Below, piece after piece: positions 12,585 to 25,050 of a DNA stretch of 64,000 nt; within the stretch, counting starts at the first letter, position 1; every line of letters begins with the position of its first letter. The stretch covers positions 7,292,124 through 7,356,123 of the forward strand of contig MU061579.1 of assembly GCA_013265495.1 (NCBI GenBank), written 5' to 3'. Source of the stretch: Vicugna vicugna (lineage: Eukaryota). The notes under the pieces are model-generated. The model did not search any database. It had not been told where the DNA came from and was given only the letters and a program-made list of their open reading frames with translations. The position numbers and the translations under genes are program-made.

Positions 12585-13774
12585 TTTTTTGTTTTGTTTT
12601 GTTTTCTTCATTTTTTACTATCTTACATTCACTAAAAATAGGTCGCTCCCTCTACATAATCAATAATTTTATACAGGCTAATCAAATATGCTTCAAATAC
12701 TGTGAATTAAAATCTGTATTTAAAAGTCCATATATAACTAAAAACAATCCATCTCTTTCCTTCTAATTCCCAATATGATGCAGTTTCTTTAAGGCAACCC
12801 TATTATGTCAATTTATTAATTGCATCATTTGATATTCAATGCACATTTAATTTAAAATATCAAATCTAGTAATTAAAATGAGAAATTATGTGAATATTTT
12901 ACAAGAAATACCACATTTCTTCACATGAATATAATCAATATAAATGATACTAACATCAATAGCATAACATCAATACTATATGAATGTTACTGGTATTTTA
13001 AATATTACTAAATTTAGATTTCAAATGAAAATGAACACACAGTTTCTTTTCTTAAGAAATCCTGTTTTCCTCTTAAATATTTAACTTTTCAAATAAATTC
13101 CTATTCAAGTATATTTTAATAAATTTGGCATATGCAAAATTTTAATTCTTTAACTGCATTATGTTTCACCTCAATGACTTATACTTAAATTAAACACAAC
13201 AGATATTTAATACTTTCTTTATGAAAATGACTTGTAAATTAGGGAAGAAATTAAGAGATAATCTATTCTCTCTTAGACTAAATAGACTAAATAAACTATA
13301 CTTCCAATACTTTTTTTTTGAGAAACTGTTGGATTTCAGAGAAAATGTGTCAACAATATTCAAAATAAACACAATGCCTACAGCACAGTGCTAATAATAG
13401 GAGTACAATCAAATCACAAATATGTAAAAATGGATGTTTTTATCAGTGTCTTTTAGTTGACATTAAAAGGCATGGCAGGATGGTCTACAAAAGATTCCAG
13501 CATTTCATTAGCATCTAATCATGACCGTCACCCACAACCACAATCTGTACCTCCTCTGCCTATCCAGTGAGTAAAATATCACTCACATACTTCCTTACCC
13601 CTTTGAGCCTCCACCCTTCTCTCACACCTCCTCCCACACAGATACTTCATCAAATACTTCTTTCCTCTATAATCCAATAGCTCCCTTATATTTGGCACAT
13701 TCTGTTGAAATCCACTCTTTGTTCCCCCAGCAAGTAATCTCCTATGGGCCAGGACTATATAATTTTAATCATAC
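12585..13774 (-). mobile_element. Retroposed anonymous sequence (orphan transduction or retrocopy of non-coding RNA), ~1.2 kb
   Basis: T-rich tail at the left end (12585-12616); TSDs agactatacatttttct (12568-12584) and agaatatgcatttttct (13775-13791), 15/17 identical; interrupts an L1ME. Confidence 0.7.
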
Positions 13775-14001
13775 AGAATATGCATTTTTCTAAGGTGCAC
13801 ATGCAAACACATATACAACAGGAATGGGACTGCTGGGCCTGAGGTGTTTTCATCTTTATAAGATAATGGTAAATTATTTTCTAAAGTGGTTATACTAGTT
13901 TGTACCTCTAGTGCATTAGGAGTTCCCATCGCTTTACATTCTGACTCTTGACATTGTCAGACTTCTCAATTTTGCCAGTCCGATGGCTGTAAAATGGCAC
14001 C

Positions 14002-14430
14002 AGTATCAGCTAGTCATTGCCACATACGAACTACCCCAAAATTTAGTATCTTAAAACAACACCCATTTATTATTTCTCACTAGTTAAGGGTAGACTAGAT
14101 AATTCTGCTGATCTCGGCCAGGCTCTGTTGATCTCACTTGGGCTTGCTCATGGCTTGCAGACAGCTGTCAGGTCATCAGTGAGTTGGTTGGTTTAGGACA
14201 GCCTCACGATTCAGCTCTGTTCCATGGGTCTCTCATCCTCCAATAGGAAAGTCTAGGCTTGTCCTGATGCTTAAGACAAAAGAGCAAGAGAAAGAGCAGA
14301 AACACACAAGTGCTTGTGTAAGCTCTGCTTATGATAAGTTTGCTATTGTCAGGTTGGACATGATCAAGACCAGAGTCAGTGACGGAGTGCAATGCCAAAG
14401 AGTGTGGATTCTGAAAACTTGGGGCCATTG
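14002..14430 (-). mobile_element. MLT1 (G/H-like) MaLR LTR nested in L1ME
   Basis: ctaccccaaaatttagtatcttaaaacaacacccatttattatttctcac...ttctgctgatctcggccaggctc. Confidence 0.75.
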
Positions 14431-14600
14431 GTGTACTCAATCCTTGTGTGTGGTTTTAATTTGTATTTCCTTGATTAATATGGAGGTTAAATATCTTTTC
14501 ATATGTTTATTGGCCATTTGTGTTTCCTCTTCTGAAAAGCCTCTTCATGTCTCTTGTTCATTTTTACACCAAGATTTTGTCTTTTTTATTCATTCAGAAT

Positions 14601-14630
14601 ATATTATTATTATTATTATTATTACTATTA
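14601..14630. repeat. (ATT)n microsatellite
   Basis: atattattattattattattattactatta. Confidence 0.85.
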
Positions 14631-16306
14631 ATATGAATGTTAATCCTTTGTCAGGTATACATGGGTTTCAAATCTTCCAGTTTCTAACCTTCTTTTTACT
14701 TTTTCTTTACTACAATCAATTCATAATTTTTTTCTTGTGATTTTGGTGTACATGTGTGCTTTTTTATATCTTATTTATGACCTCTTTCCATATTCCAAAT
14801 CATTAGGATACTCATATTCTTTTCTGATATTTTTAAAGTTTTGCTTTCCACATTTTGGTCCTTAATATATCAGGAATTGATTTTTGCATCTGACATGAAA
14901 CAGGGATCCAACTTTCACTTTTTCCCATGTGGAAAAACACCATATCCTGGCACCATTTATGGAACACACCTGTCCTTTGCCCACTGATCTGACTTGCAAC
15001 AACTATCATATATTAAGTTTCCGTCTGTTTTATCTGTACCTGAGCTTTCTATTCTGTTCCACTGATCTCTTCATCAACCCCCATGCCAGCATTATACACT
15101 CTTATAGCTGTGGTTTTGTAGTGAGTTTTAATATTTATGACAGCAAGTATCGACAATTTGTTCTTCTTCAGGAGGATCCTACTATTCTTGGCAATTTTTT
15201 TTTCTTTAAAATTTTAGGATTAGGTTATCAAGGTTTATGAAAAGCCTACTTGAATTTAGATTGAAACTGGAGTGTCCCATAGATTAAAATTGGGGAAATT
15301 TTGACATCTTTACCACACTCTGTCTCCCTTGCCATTACCATGCTATTGCTCTACGTTTATCTAGGCTTTTATGTTTTTCAGTAAATGTTTATTATAATTT
15401 TCTTTCTAAAGGTTTTGCCCAACTTTGTTAGATTTTTTCATAGTTACCTTAATTTTCTTTCTGTGGCTATTGCAAACCTTTTTTTTTTAAGTATTTTTTT
15501 AATTGTTGCTAGTGTATAGAAATATAACTTGTTTTTATATTATTCCTCGTGAATTTTTTTGTGCTTTTTATTTGTTTGCATGCAGAAGATCATCTTACCT
15601 GGAAATAATTATCATTTTATTTTTTCCTTTCCAATCCTTATAGTTTTTTAATTTTTTATCTTATTGTTCTGTACCTTTAGTACAATGTTGAACAGACTAA
15701 CAGTGGTAATAGTGGCATCTTTACTTTAATCCTGATTTTAAAGGGAATGCTTCTACCATTGTCTTCTTTTCTTTGTGACATCACTGCTCCAACAGGTTGG
15801 CTCAGAACCCTGCGAAATTTGTAGCAGCCTCAACTGTAAAATATTTCTTTCTATTTAACGGTTTGCTGATTTTTTAGCATCTTAACAGTTAAGCACAGTT
15901 ATTTTCTAATCCTCATGGATTGTTTTCTGAATTTGTTACACATGATTCTCACTTCAGAGTTGAATGCTCTTTTCTCCCGTATTTTGCCTCATCAATTATC
16001 TAACATATCAAGGTTCAATTGTTTGTGCAGCTCTTGTTTTTGTAAAAAATAAACTTTCTTGGTATTTGTACACTTCCTTTCCTGTATCTGGTTGAATATA
16101 ATAGAATGAAATTAGTGTTTATCAAACAGCTAAATTTTTAACTAAGGAGTTGATCCAAAGAGAGGAAGAAATAATTAATATTTATTTGTTATTTTTGATA
16201 TGTGCTTTACGTATTTTAAATGTAATATATATTTACCACATATTATTACATTATAAAATATCCATTTTGATCCACATAAGAATAACTTCTTAAGGTAGTT
16301 ATTGCT

Positions 16307-16496
16307 CCATATCGTATCGACTCTAAAATGCATCTTTTTTCACATATTAATATCTCTGAATTCAGAATGCAACTTAAAACTCACATGATTAGAAAGCATA
16401 TTATTACAGCTTAATTGGTTTTCTTTCATTCTTAACAGTGCATAAAATAATGATACATCTTATAACTAATGACATTTTTGATTCAATGAAATACAG
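16307..16496. mobile_element. MER104-like Tc2 DNA transposon nested in a MIR
   Basis: tcgactctaaaatgcatcttttttcacat...atctctgaa...cataaaataatgatacatctta...gattcaatgaaatacag; MIR sequence on both sides. Confidence 0.7.
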
Positions 16497-16636
16497 CATT
16501 TACCAATCTGCAGATGAGAAAATTTGGCCTCAGAAATGTCAGGTAATTTACCCAAAGTATATAGCCAGTAAATTTCATGAACCCAAGTCTGTCATACATT
16601 AAAACCCATGCTGTCTTCCAAAAGAATGCACAAGTA

Positions 16637-18249
16637 AATCAACAGAAAAAGAAAGTAAAGAAACAACCCCCTTTAAAATAGCACCCAAAGTAATAAAATA
16701 TCTGGGAATAAATCTAACCAAGGAGGTGAAAGAATTATACACAGAAAACTATAAACCATTGATGAAGGAAATTAAAGAAGACTTTAAAAAATGGAAAGAT
16801 ATTCCATGCTCTTGGATTGGAAGAATCAATATTGTTAAAATGGTCACACTGCCCAAGGCAATCTACAGATTTAATGCAATCCCTATCCAATTACCCAGGA
16901 CATATTTCACAGAACTAGAACAAATCATAATAAAATTTATATGGAACCATCAAAGACCTAGAATTGCTAAAGCATTACTGAAGAGAAAGAAAGAGGCTGG
17001 AGGAATAACTCTCCCAGACTTCAGACAATACTATAGAGCTACAGTCATCAAGANNNNNNNNNNNNNNNNNNNNNNNNNNNNNNNNNNNNNNNNNNNNNNN
17101 NNNNNNNNNNNNNNNNNNNNNNNNNNNNNNNNNNNNNNNNNNNNNNNNNNNNNNNNNNNNNNNNNNNNNNNNNNNNNNNNNNNNNNNNNNNNNNNNNNNN
17201 NNNNNNNNNNNNNNNNNNNNNNNNNNNNNNNNNNNNNNNNNNNNNNNNNNNNNNNNNNNNNNNNNNNNNNNNNNNNNNNNNNNNNNNNNNNNNNNNNNNN
17301 NNNNNNNNNNNNNNNNNNNNNNNNNNNNNNNNNNNNNNNNNNNNNNNNNNNNNNNNNNNNNNNNNNNNNNNNNNNNNNNNNNNNNNNNNNNNNNNNNNNN
17401 NNNNNNNNNNNNNNNNNNNNNNNNNNNNNNNNNNNNNNNNNNNNNNNNNNNNNNNNNNNNNNNNNNNNNNNNNNNNNNNNNNNNNNNNNNNNNNNNNNNN
17501 NNNNNNNNNNNNNNNNNNNNNNNNNNNNNNNNNNNNNNNNNNNNNNNNNNNNNNNNNNNNNNNNNNNNNNNNNNNNNNNNNNNNNNNNNNNNNNNNNNNN
17601 NNNNNNNNNNNNNNNNNNNNNNNNNNNNNNNNNNNNNNNNNNNNNNNNNNNNNNNNNNNNNNNNNNNNNNNNNNNNNNNNNNNNNNNNNNNNNNNNNNNN
17701 NNNNNNNNNNNNNNNNNNNNNNNNNNNNGGAAATCTACTTCAGGATGACACCTGCACTCCAATGTTCATAGCAGCACTATTTACAATAGTCAAAACATGG
17801 AAACAGCCTAAATGTCCATCAATAGGTGACTGGATAAAGAAGAGGTGGTATATTTATACAATGGAATACTACTCAGCCATAAAAACTGACAACATAACGT
17901 CATTTTCAGCAACATGGATGCTCCTAGAGAATGTCATTCTAAGTGAAGTAAGCCAGAAAGAGAAAGAAAAATACCATATGAGATCACTCATATGTGGAAT
18001 CTAAAGACTCATGGACAGAGAATACAGACTTGTGGTTACCAGGGGGGTAGAGGGTGGGAAGGGATAGACTGGGATTTCAAAATTGTAGAATAGATAAACA
18101 AGATTACACTGTATAGCACAGATGATAAATCACAGAGAAAAAAATGTGACAATGAGTGTGTATATGTCCATGAATGACTGAAAAATTGTTCTGAAAACTG
18201 GAATTTGACACAACATTGTAAAATGATTATAAATCAATAAAAAATGTTA
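16637..18249 (+). mobile_element. Young 5'-truncated LINE-1 (ORF2 C-terminal part plus 3' UTR) spanning an assembly gap
   Basis: Open ORF2 frames KELYTENYK...[14 protein letters not shown]...[12 protein letters not shown] and MFIAALFTIVKTWKQPKCP...SLICGI*; AATAAA near 18236; TSD core aatgcacaagta at 16625-16636 and 18254-18265. Confidence 0.95.
17054..17728. other. Assembly gap (675 N)
   Basis: Run of N within the L1. Confidence 1.
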
Positions 18250-18900
18250 AAAAAATGCACAAGTATATGATAATTAGAACATGCTCATAACTCTTAGTTC
18301 CAACAATAGTAATTGCCAATTACCTTGCTAATAGCTTTCATGCTTATTATCTAGTCTACTGATATACATTGTCTTTGACAAACATCCATTTTTAATAAGA
18401 AGCTCAACTTAATAATTTATATCAAATGAGGTGCTCATGCAGCATTTAACATTATTTAGTCTTTTTTAAAAAATTTATCCACTAATTATTAGTATCTTCT
18501 ACACACTGGACATTTTTCTAGGAACTATGGGCTATCATAGCCCTGGGCATGATGGAGAAGATTCTTGCTATGCTGGAGCTGATAGTTGAATAGATTAAAT
18601 AATTCTAGCAACATTTCTTGAAAATTGGGAAAAGTTAACTTAGAGCTATGAAACACTTGGTCAGTTGTCCAGCAGGGATAACACAGGCAGATTAGTCTAT
18701 AACTCAGAAGACGCTAGTTCATCAACTGACCTGCCCAAACCTGAGCATGAGAAGCCGTAGGATGTTTGTCAGGACCACCCAGGTCAGGTATTGATCAGCA
18801 AGAATGATGCCTGAGCTGCTTCATTAGGACTAGACACATGCTATGGAATAAAAATTACACGCAGTTTACTAAGCCCTAATTTAAGTATATGTTAACATAA

Positions 18901-19569
18901 TATTTTAGTTTGGGTTTCCAAACCAAACACAGACTCTGAAACAAGTGGTTCAATTGGGGACTCATCCCAAGAAATATTAATAAGAGAATGGGGAAGGAAG
19001 ACAGGAAGCCAATAAATGGTGTTTCAAAGCATGTTTCTTCTGTGTGTTAATGGAGCTCAGTCTTATGGGTGACTCTGGGAGATAGTTTGGGAATTCGAGA
19101 TTTGCAGATACTAACTAATATATAAAATAGATAAACAACAAGTTTATGCTGTATAGCACAGGGAACTATATTTAATATCTAGTAGTAAGCTATACTGAAA
19201 AAGAATATGAAAATGAGTGTATGTATATATATGTATGACAACTATTATGCTATATACCAGAAATTGACACAACATTGTAAACTGACTATACTTCAATTTA
19301 AAAAAAAAAGAGCATATCTGAGTCTCCTGTTGAGAGGTGAGGGGACTGGGCTACACACCCACCATCTCCCACTGGCTGTTGGTTGGAGCCTGCTGGGCAA
19401 TGTGTGTGGGAGTGGTGACGGGTGATGGGGTGTTGGTGGTGATGGTGGCTAATTCACCTCTGGATTCTCAAGAAAGCCCTTAGGGCTGAGACAAAGAGCT
19501 ACAAGTTCTGGCAGCTGAAGTCTGGTAAGAGAAGTGCTCCAGAGGGAAACAAGTAGAGCTACACCTACA
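18901..19569 (-). mobile_element. ERVL-class LTR (LTR33-like) split by an L1 3' fragment
   Basis: ttagtttgggtttcc...agactctgaaacaag...ggaagccaataaa...tggagctcag...ctctgggagatagt, resuming after 19310. Confidence 0.6.
19087..19309 (+). mobile_element. Lineage-specific L1 3' UTR fragment with poly(A)
   Basis: gagatttgcagatactaacta...gtatagcacagggaactata...actgactatacttcaatttaaaaaaaaaa; same family as 40393-40833. Confidence 0.9.
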
Positions 19570-20219
19570 ACCATCATAAGTAGCATACTGTCTAGCTCAG
19601 ATTTTCATTCCAAGGAATGAAAGGAAACTTTCGCCAGACATGGTAGAAGCCTCATCTTCATCCTCCTTTCAACACGTTGGTGCTGCATCATTTACTGGTC
19701 CCTTTTTGGGTTCCATTGCTATTCAGGTAGCAGTGTGTTTGCCTTGGAGAGGTAACACACTGTATCACCTTGTCATGTCACTGTGTAGAATTGCTCTCCA
19801 TTCTGCTGTGTTTCAGCATCATCACTGACTATGTCGAGGTAGGATTGTTTTCCTCCCTTGAACAACTCTCTGAAATGTCTGCACAGTTCTCATTTTGTCC
19901 ACAGTCATTTTATTGTAGTAGTGGAGTGGCAGCAAGAGCAGTCATTACACCTACCCTGATTTGGGGGAGACAGAGAACAGCTCCTGGATTGGATGAGATT
20001 TGGCACTGGTTCCTCCCTTTCTGCAGAAGTGATTGGCTCTTGGACACTTCTGCTTTGGCATTAAAAGACATTTTTCCTCCCCAGCTATAGGACGAAAGGG
20101 TTTCTTCTTATTTACCTGTGTCAGGCTATCAGCCATGAGTAATCAGCTGTCTCTAGGCTATTATTTTTAATATCAGTCTTTACATTTAATCCTGTATTTT
20201 ACAGAGAGTTGGTATAACA

Positions 20220-20545
20220 TAAAATTCCAAGGGCAGCCTCTGGCATCCAACTTCATTGGTTAAATTCTGCATCCCCACCCCTCCTATGCCTCACTTCCTT
20301 ATCTGCAGAATAGAGAAAATGATAACATCTCACTCTTGGGGCTGTCATGGGAATTGAATGGGTTAACACTGTACAGCACTTAGAAAACTGTCTGAGGCGG
20401 GTGGGAATAGCTCAGTGGTAGAGCACACGCTTAGCATGCATGAGGTCCTGGGCTCAATACCCAGGACCGCTATTTAAAAAAAGACAAGAAAAGAAAAAAA
20501 CTGTCTGACACATAGTTAGAACTCAGTAAATATTAGCCATTTTTC
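20220..20545 (+). mobile_element. MIR SINE interrupted by a vic-1 SINE
   Basis: atgcctcacttccttatctgcagaa...gcacttagaaaactgtctga / cacatagttagaactcagtaaatattagc. Confidence 0.75.
20397..20494 (+). mobile_element. vic-1-type tRNA-derived SINE with TSD
   Basis: gggaatagctcagtggtagagcacacgcttagcatgcatgaggtcctgggctcaataccc plus A-tail; flanking direct repeat aaaactgtctga. Confidence 0.9.
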
Positions 20546-21719
20546 AACTTGGCCCTAATTAGAGCTTACACTTTCTTTTGATGTCAGGACTTTTTGAGCC
20601 TGTCATTTAGTAACTAAAGAGTAAATAAAATAATTCTAGGATGTTGTCACTTGAAGCAGAGTGAGAAGTTAAAAGAAATAACTTATTTGCTCTGTCACAT
20701 TCCGTAACTAACTCAAAACTGAAATTGTTCCTAATTGGCAAAGGATGATTATCCTGTAACACACCACTCTACTTCTCACCTTTTACCTGTATTAACAGGA
20801 AACCTGCAAAATGAACTAGCACAGTTCTGAGCTGCCTCTTCCCTCCTCCAATGAGTCACTTAACTTGAATTACCTAGTAGTTCATTTGAGGAAAGGAGCA
20901 ATTGCAAAAAGCTGGCAGTCTCCCAAATGCCTGGTAGCACAGCTGAGATAAAAATATAGGTGTTTATGTATGAAGACATTATTGGGATCACAAAGTTTTC
21001 CTAAGATACACTCTGGCTAGCAAATGGCTCTATTCTCCCCTCTGTCTGCGGGCTTGCCTCTTAGAGAGATTTGTTGCTTTTATTAAGAAGCATTAGAGTC
21101 ACTGCTCTTAGAGTTGACTTCTGTCCATTAGCTCATTTCATCCTCATGACAATCTGGTGAAGCGCATGGAACAGGTAGTTTTTATTCATATCTTACGGAC
21201 TCGTTTCTCGTTAGGCTTAAGATTGGGTAGCTATTCATGTGCAATCCTAAAAATAGGACCCACTTTTCGGGCCATTTGGGACTAGAATCATGTAGTTCTC
21301 TTTTCCTTACCCCATTTTTTGCCTGGAGATGAAACCAAATGAAATCAAATAATAACAATAATAATAGCAAAAATACAAAACAAAACAAACTCTTCAAGTT
21401 TGTACCTGACTTCAGTCAGATGTATCTAAGAAGCTTTCTTCTCCTTTATGACACATTACAAGACCATCTAGGAACTTGAGAAAGTTTGCTTTCCATGGGT
21501 TGTTTGTTCTAGAGGAGTGGAAGGAAAACACAGATAGGCAAACAGGCTTCCAGAGGGAGACTCACCTCTGAGACGGTCCCAGGGATGCAGGCATGATCAG
21601 AATGGGTTTAGCAAATGTTTAACTTACTCTGTGCTTCAATTGTCTCTTCTATGAAAACTAAGGGCCATGATACCACACATACCTACCTTATAGGATTAAG
21701 TACAATTATGTAACTTTAA

Positions 21720-24700
21720 AGCAGGCAAAGCTTTCTTAATTAGCACACACAAAGAATTACTCATAAAAGAAAAGACGAGTACATCAGACTGCCTTAAAAT
21801 CAAGAACTTCTATTAACTGTAAGAAACCATTAGCAGGGTGAAAAGGAAAGGACAGCAGATTATATTTTCCAGAATGTCTGTGATAATATTTCCCATCTCG
21901 TGTGCTCATTCAAAACTTTGCTGCCATCCTATCTAAAGGTACAGTTTATGTTCCTCCCTTGAATCTGGATGGACCTTTGTGACTATTTTGACTAATGGCA
22001 GAAGCAACGCTACGGGACTTCCAAGGCTAGATTGTTAAAAAAAAAAATACAGTTTTCATTTCTCTTGGGACATTCACCCTTGGAATCCATCCACCACACT
22101 ATGAGGAAATATAAACCATATGAAAAAGCCCATCTGGGTGGGAACCAAGGCCTTCATCACTCAACCCAGCTAACAGTCAGAGTCGACTTGCCAGCCTCGT
22201 GAGTGACTCATCCGAGAGCAAATGTTCCTGCCCACTGTAGAGCTGCCCCAGTTGAGGCTTGGTGGGGGAGGCAGAGGGAGTGCCTTTGGGGGAGGAGTTG
22301 GGCAGAAGTTGCTTGGGCCTGAAGCTGTTATGGAAACATAAGAGCCTTGAGTACGCTGCTGGTGAGAGCTTAAAATAAATGAGGAGAGTGATTTGGAAAC
22401 TAGGGGTGGGGGTTGGGGGGAAGGAACCCTATGATATAGTGATGGAAAGTTTAACAACACTGTAACCTGTGGCTATGTGGAAAATAGAAAATCTACAGAA
22501 TGAAGTAGGTGATATAGCCAAGGACATTTCCAGACAGAGTGTTGTGCGTACCACCTGGCCTCTTCTCACTGCCTGTAGTAAAATAGGTGAGGAGAGAGAG
22601 AAACTAAATAAGGAGAGAAATAAACTGGGCATCATAGAGGGTCTGGGACTGGTTGGGCTCAAAAATGAAGTTATTTCTTATTCTCAGACTCATATGGTAA
22701 AAAAGAAAAAAAGCTAAAATTAAGAAATGACTTTAAGCAGAGATCAAATCCAGGGCATGAGGATGAAAACATGGTCTGAAGATGAAACTGAGGGTGTGCC
22801 ACTAAGTGCCTTTGTTAAGACCTGATAGTATTTCACAGACTCTTGCAAACCGACAAATAGTCCTTAATGAAGAGACTCTTAAGCAATAGGGCTTCTCAGA
22901 ATACCAGTCCGTTTACAGCGAGTTCAGCTTTATAAGGAGCCTGGTTCTTACAGAAGGGTTACAGAGAGCCAACCAGAGGGAAGGTCTTGTCTTGAAATGA
23001 CATGGAGGTATGGTTTTGCATAATGTTTGGACTCTTGATTTTAAAATAAATCCATAAAGGTTTTTTTTTTAAAGAAATTGTAACAGTTTGGACTAAAATG
23101 GACCAAGACAGTACACAATGGAAAGAGGTTTGGAGACCTTCAAACATCTATGGACAGGAAGAAGGCTTAGAAAACTACTCAGCTGCAAACACAGGATACA
23201 TTTATTGGAGGAAGAAGGATAATCCTGAAGGTGGAACCAAGATCCCAAAGACTGAAACTAAGAGCCGCAGAGACTCATTATCAGGAAGTGGACTCAGCCC
23301 TGCATGTACCCAGCCAGAATACAGACCAGTAACTGTTGTATGCCTCCCAACCCTCACCCTCAATTTTAACCAAGAGTGTTTACTGCAACTCGCCTATGAC
23401 TGTTGCATTATTGTATGTTGGGAATGTGCCAGGCAGACAACTTTAGTTCACAGATCTTCAGATGGGGATGGGGATGGAGGTGGATGGTATTCAAGGAACT
23501 GTACCTGAGAAGCCTTATCCACATCAGGACCAGATTTAGATGATAAGCTCACCTTGGGACCTCAAGCTTCAGATACTGTCATAATGAGATGAGATGCTGG
23601 GAGATCTTTGGGAAGGAGGTAAGTATATCTTGCCTGTGAGAGGAATGTGAATTGTGTCCAGATGGCATACTGTAGTAGATTTTATTTTCAAAAAATTGCC
23701 ACAGAAATATTTTTGGCCTCACATGTTCTTCCAAATAATTGCCACTCCCTTCAATCAGAAGGTGGAATCTATGTTTTCTCTCCTAAACCTAGATAGGCCT
23801 TTGCAACTGCTTTGATTAATATTCAGTGATGTAAATGATACTATGTGGCTTCTGAGGCTAGACTATAAAAAGTGATTCAACTTCTGGATCATTCTCTTGG
23901 GACATAAGCCTTTTGGAACCCTGAGCCAGCCACCATGTAGGACGTGCTGAAGCCCTACGCTAAAGAGGCCATGAGACAAAATTACATCAAGTTATAGGGA
24001 GATACCTGAGGAGCTCCACCTCTTCCAGTCTCCAGCTGTTTAAGCCCAGGCATCAGGTATGTTGAGATTTCAGATAATGCCAGTCCTGGTCACCATCTGA
24101 ATGCAACCTCACAAGAGACCCAAAGTGAGGACTGCCAGCTGAGCCCAGTGAACTTCCACAATCATGGAGAGAACATTAAAATAATTGTTCTTATTTTGAG
24201 CCACTAAATTTTGGGGTAATACGTTGTATATTGTTAGATAACCAACACAGCTAGCTAGAATTCAATAAGAAAAACAACACTAAAAAAAATATGGCCCAAA
24301 AGACCCTTCACAAAAAAGGTTTCCCAAATGGCCAGTAAGTGTATTAAAAAGTGCTTAACATCATTGTCATTGGGGAAATACAAATTAAAACTACAAGATG
24401 CACCAGATGGCTAGAATTAAACATTGATAATATGAAGTGTTAGTGATGATGTGGAGCAAATGTAATTACCTTAGAAACTGCTAGTAAGTGTACAAACTGG
24501 TATAACCATTTTTGAAAACTGTTTGGCTGTATCTACTAATGTATACTAAATGTATTTCATGATTCAGTAATTCCACTTTGACATATATATCCAAAAGATA
24601 TCCATCAAAAAAAAGAACATGATAACATTCACAACTTTATAATAGCCTGAAACTAAAAATAACTCAAATGTCTTATCAAAACAACCATGAATAAATAAAT

Positions 24701-25050
24701 TATGATATAGTTATACAATGGAAAACTACATAGCAATAAAAAATGAATAAACTACTGCTACATGCAACAACATGGATGACTCTCCTACACACAGTGTCTG
24801 ATTCCATTTGTATAAAGTTCAAGAACAGGCAAAACTAAATTATGATGATAGAGCTCAAAATAATGTTTACCATGGAGGAGGTAAAGGTATTGTCTGGGAA
24901 TGAAGGAGTCTTACTGGGTGTTAGAAATCTGCTATATCATGATCTCGGTATGGAAGGTAGTTACATAGTGCATAATATACAAAAATTCATTGAGATTTAC
25001 ATTCTACAATAAAGCTCCATGCACCTTACTACATGTCACACCTCAATGAG
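21720..25050 (+). mobile_element. Old L1M LINE (ORF2 end plus 3' UTR) interrupted by an MLT1 provirus
   Basis: L1 ORF2-like sequence at 21720-21850 (aaaatcaagaacttct) resumes at ~24250 (caaatggccagtaag...gatgtggagcaa...catgcaacaacatggatga). Confidence 0.7.
21855..24249 (+). mobile_element. Deleted MaLR provirus: MLT1(G/H-like) LTR, MLT1-int remnant, second LTR
   Basis: Related LTR starts at ~21855 and 23671; 3' LTR ends agataaccaacaca; internal peptide NEVGDIAKDISRQSV...WPLLTACSKIGEEREKL resembles the MaLR-int ORF. Confidence 0.75.

Larger units (their letters stand above)
11800..15760 (-). mobile_element. Ancient L1ME-type LINE (3' UTR into ORF2) interrupted by several nested insertions
   Basis: Colinear L1 antisense motifs at 12540 (gctatgaacattctt), 13820 (ggaatgggactgctggg), 14450 (gtggttttaatttgtatttcc...atatcttttcatatgtttattggccatttg) and 15730 (cctgattttaaagggaatgc). 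Confidence 0.75.

Noticed and set aside
14267..14740. 157-aa ORF
   Set aside because: Runs across an MLT1 LTR, antisense L1 and an (ATT)n repeat; spurious.
16726..17748. 340-aa and 243-aa ORFs
   Set aside because: Length is an artefact of the N gap; the real part is an L1 ORF2 fragment.
18042..18073. G-quadruplex motif
   Set aside because: Ordinary G-rich tract of the L1 3' UTR.
20397..20470. tRNA gene-like sequence
   Set aside because: It has an A-rich tail, TSDs and dispersed homologues in the window, so it is a tRNA-derived SINE.
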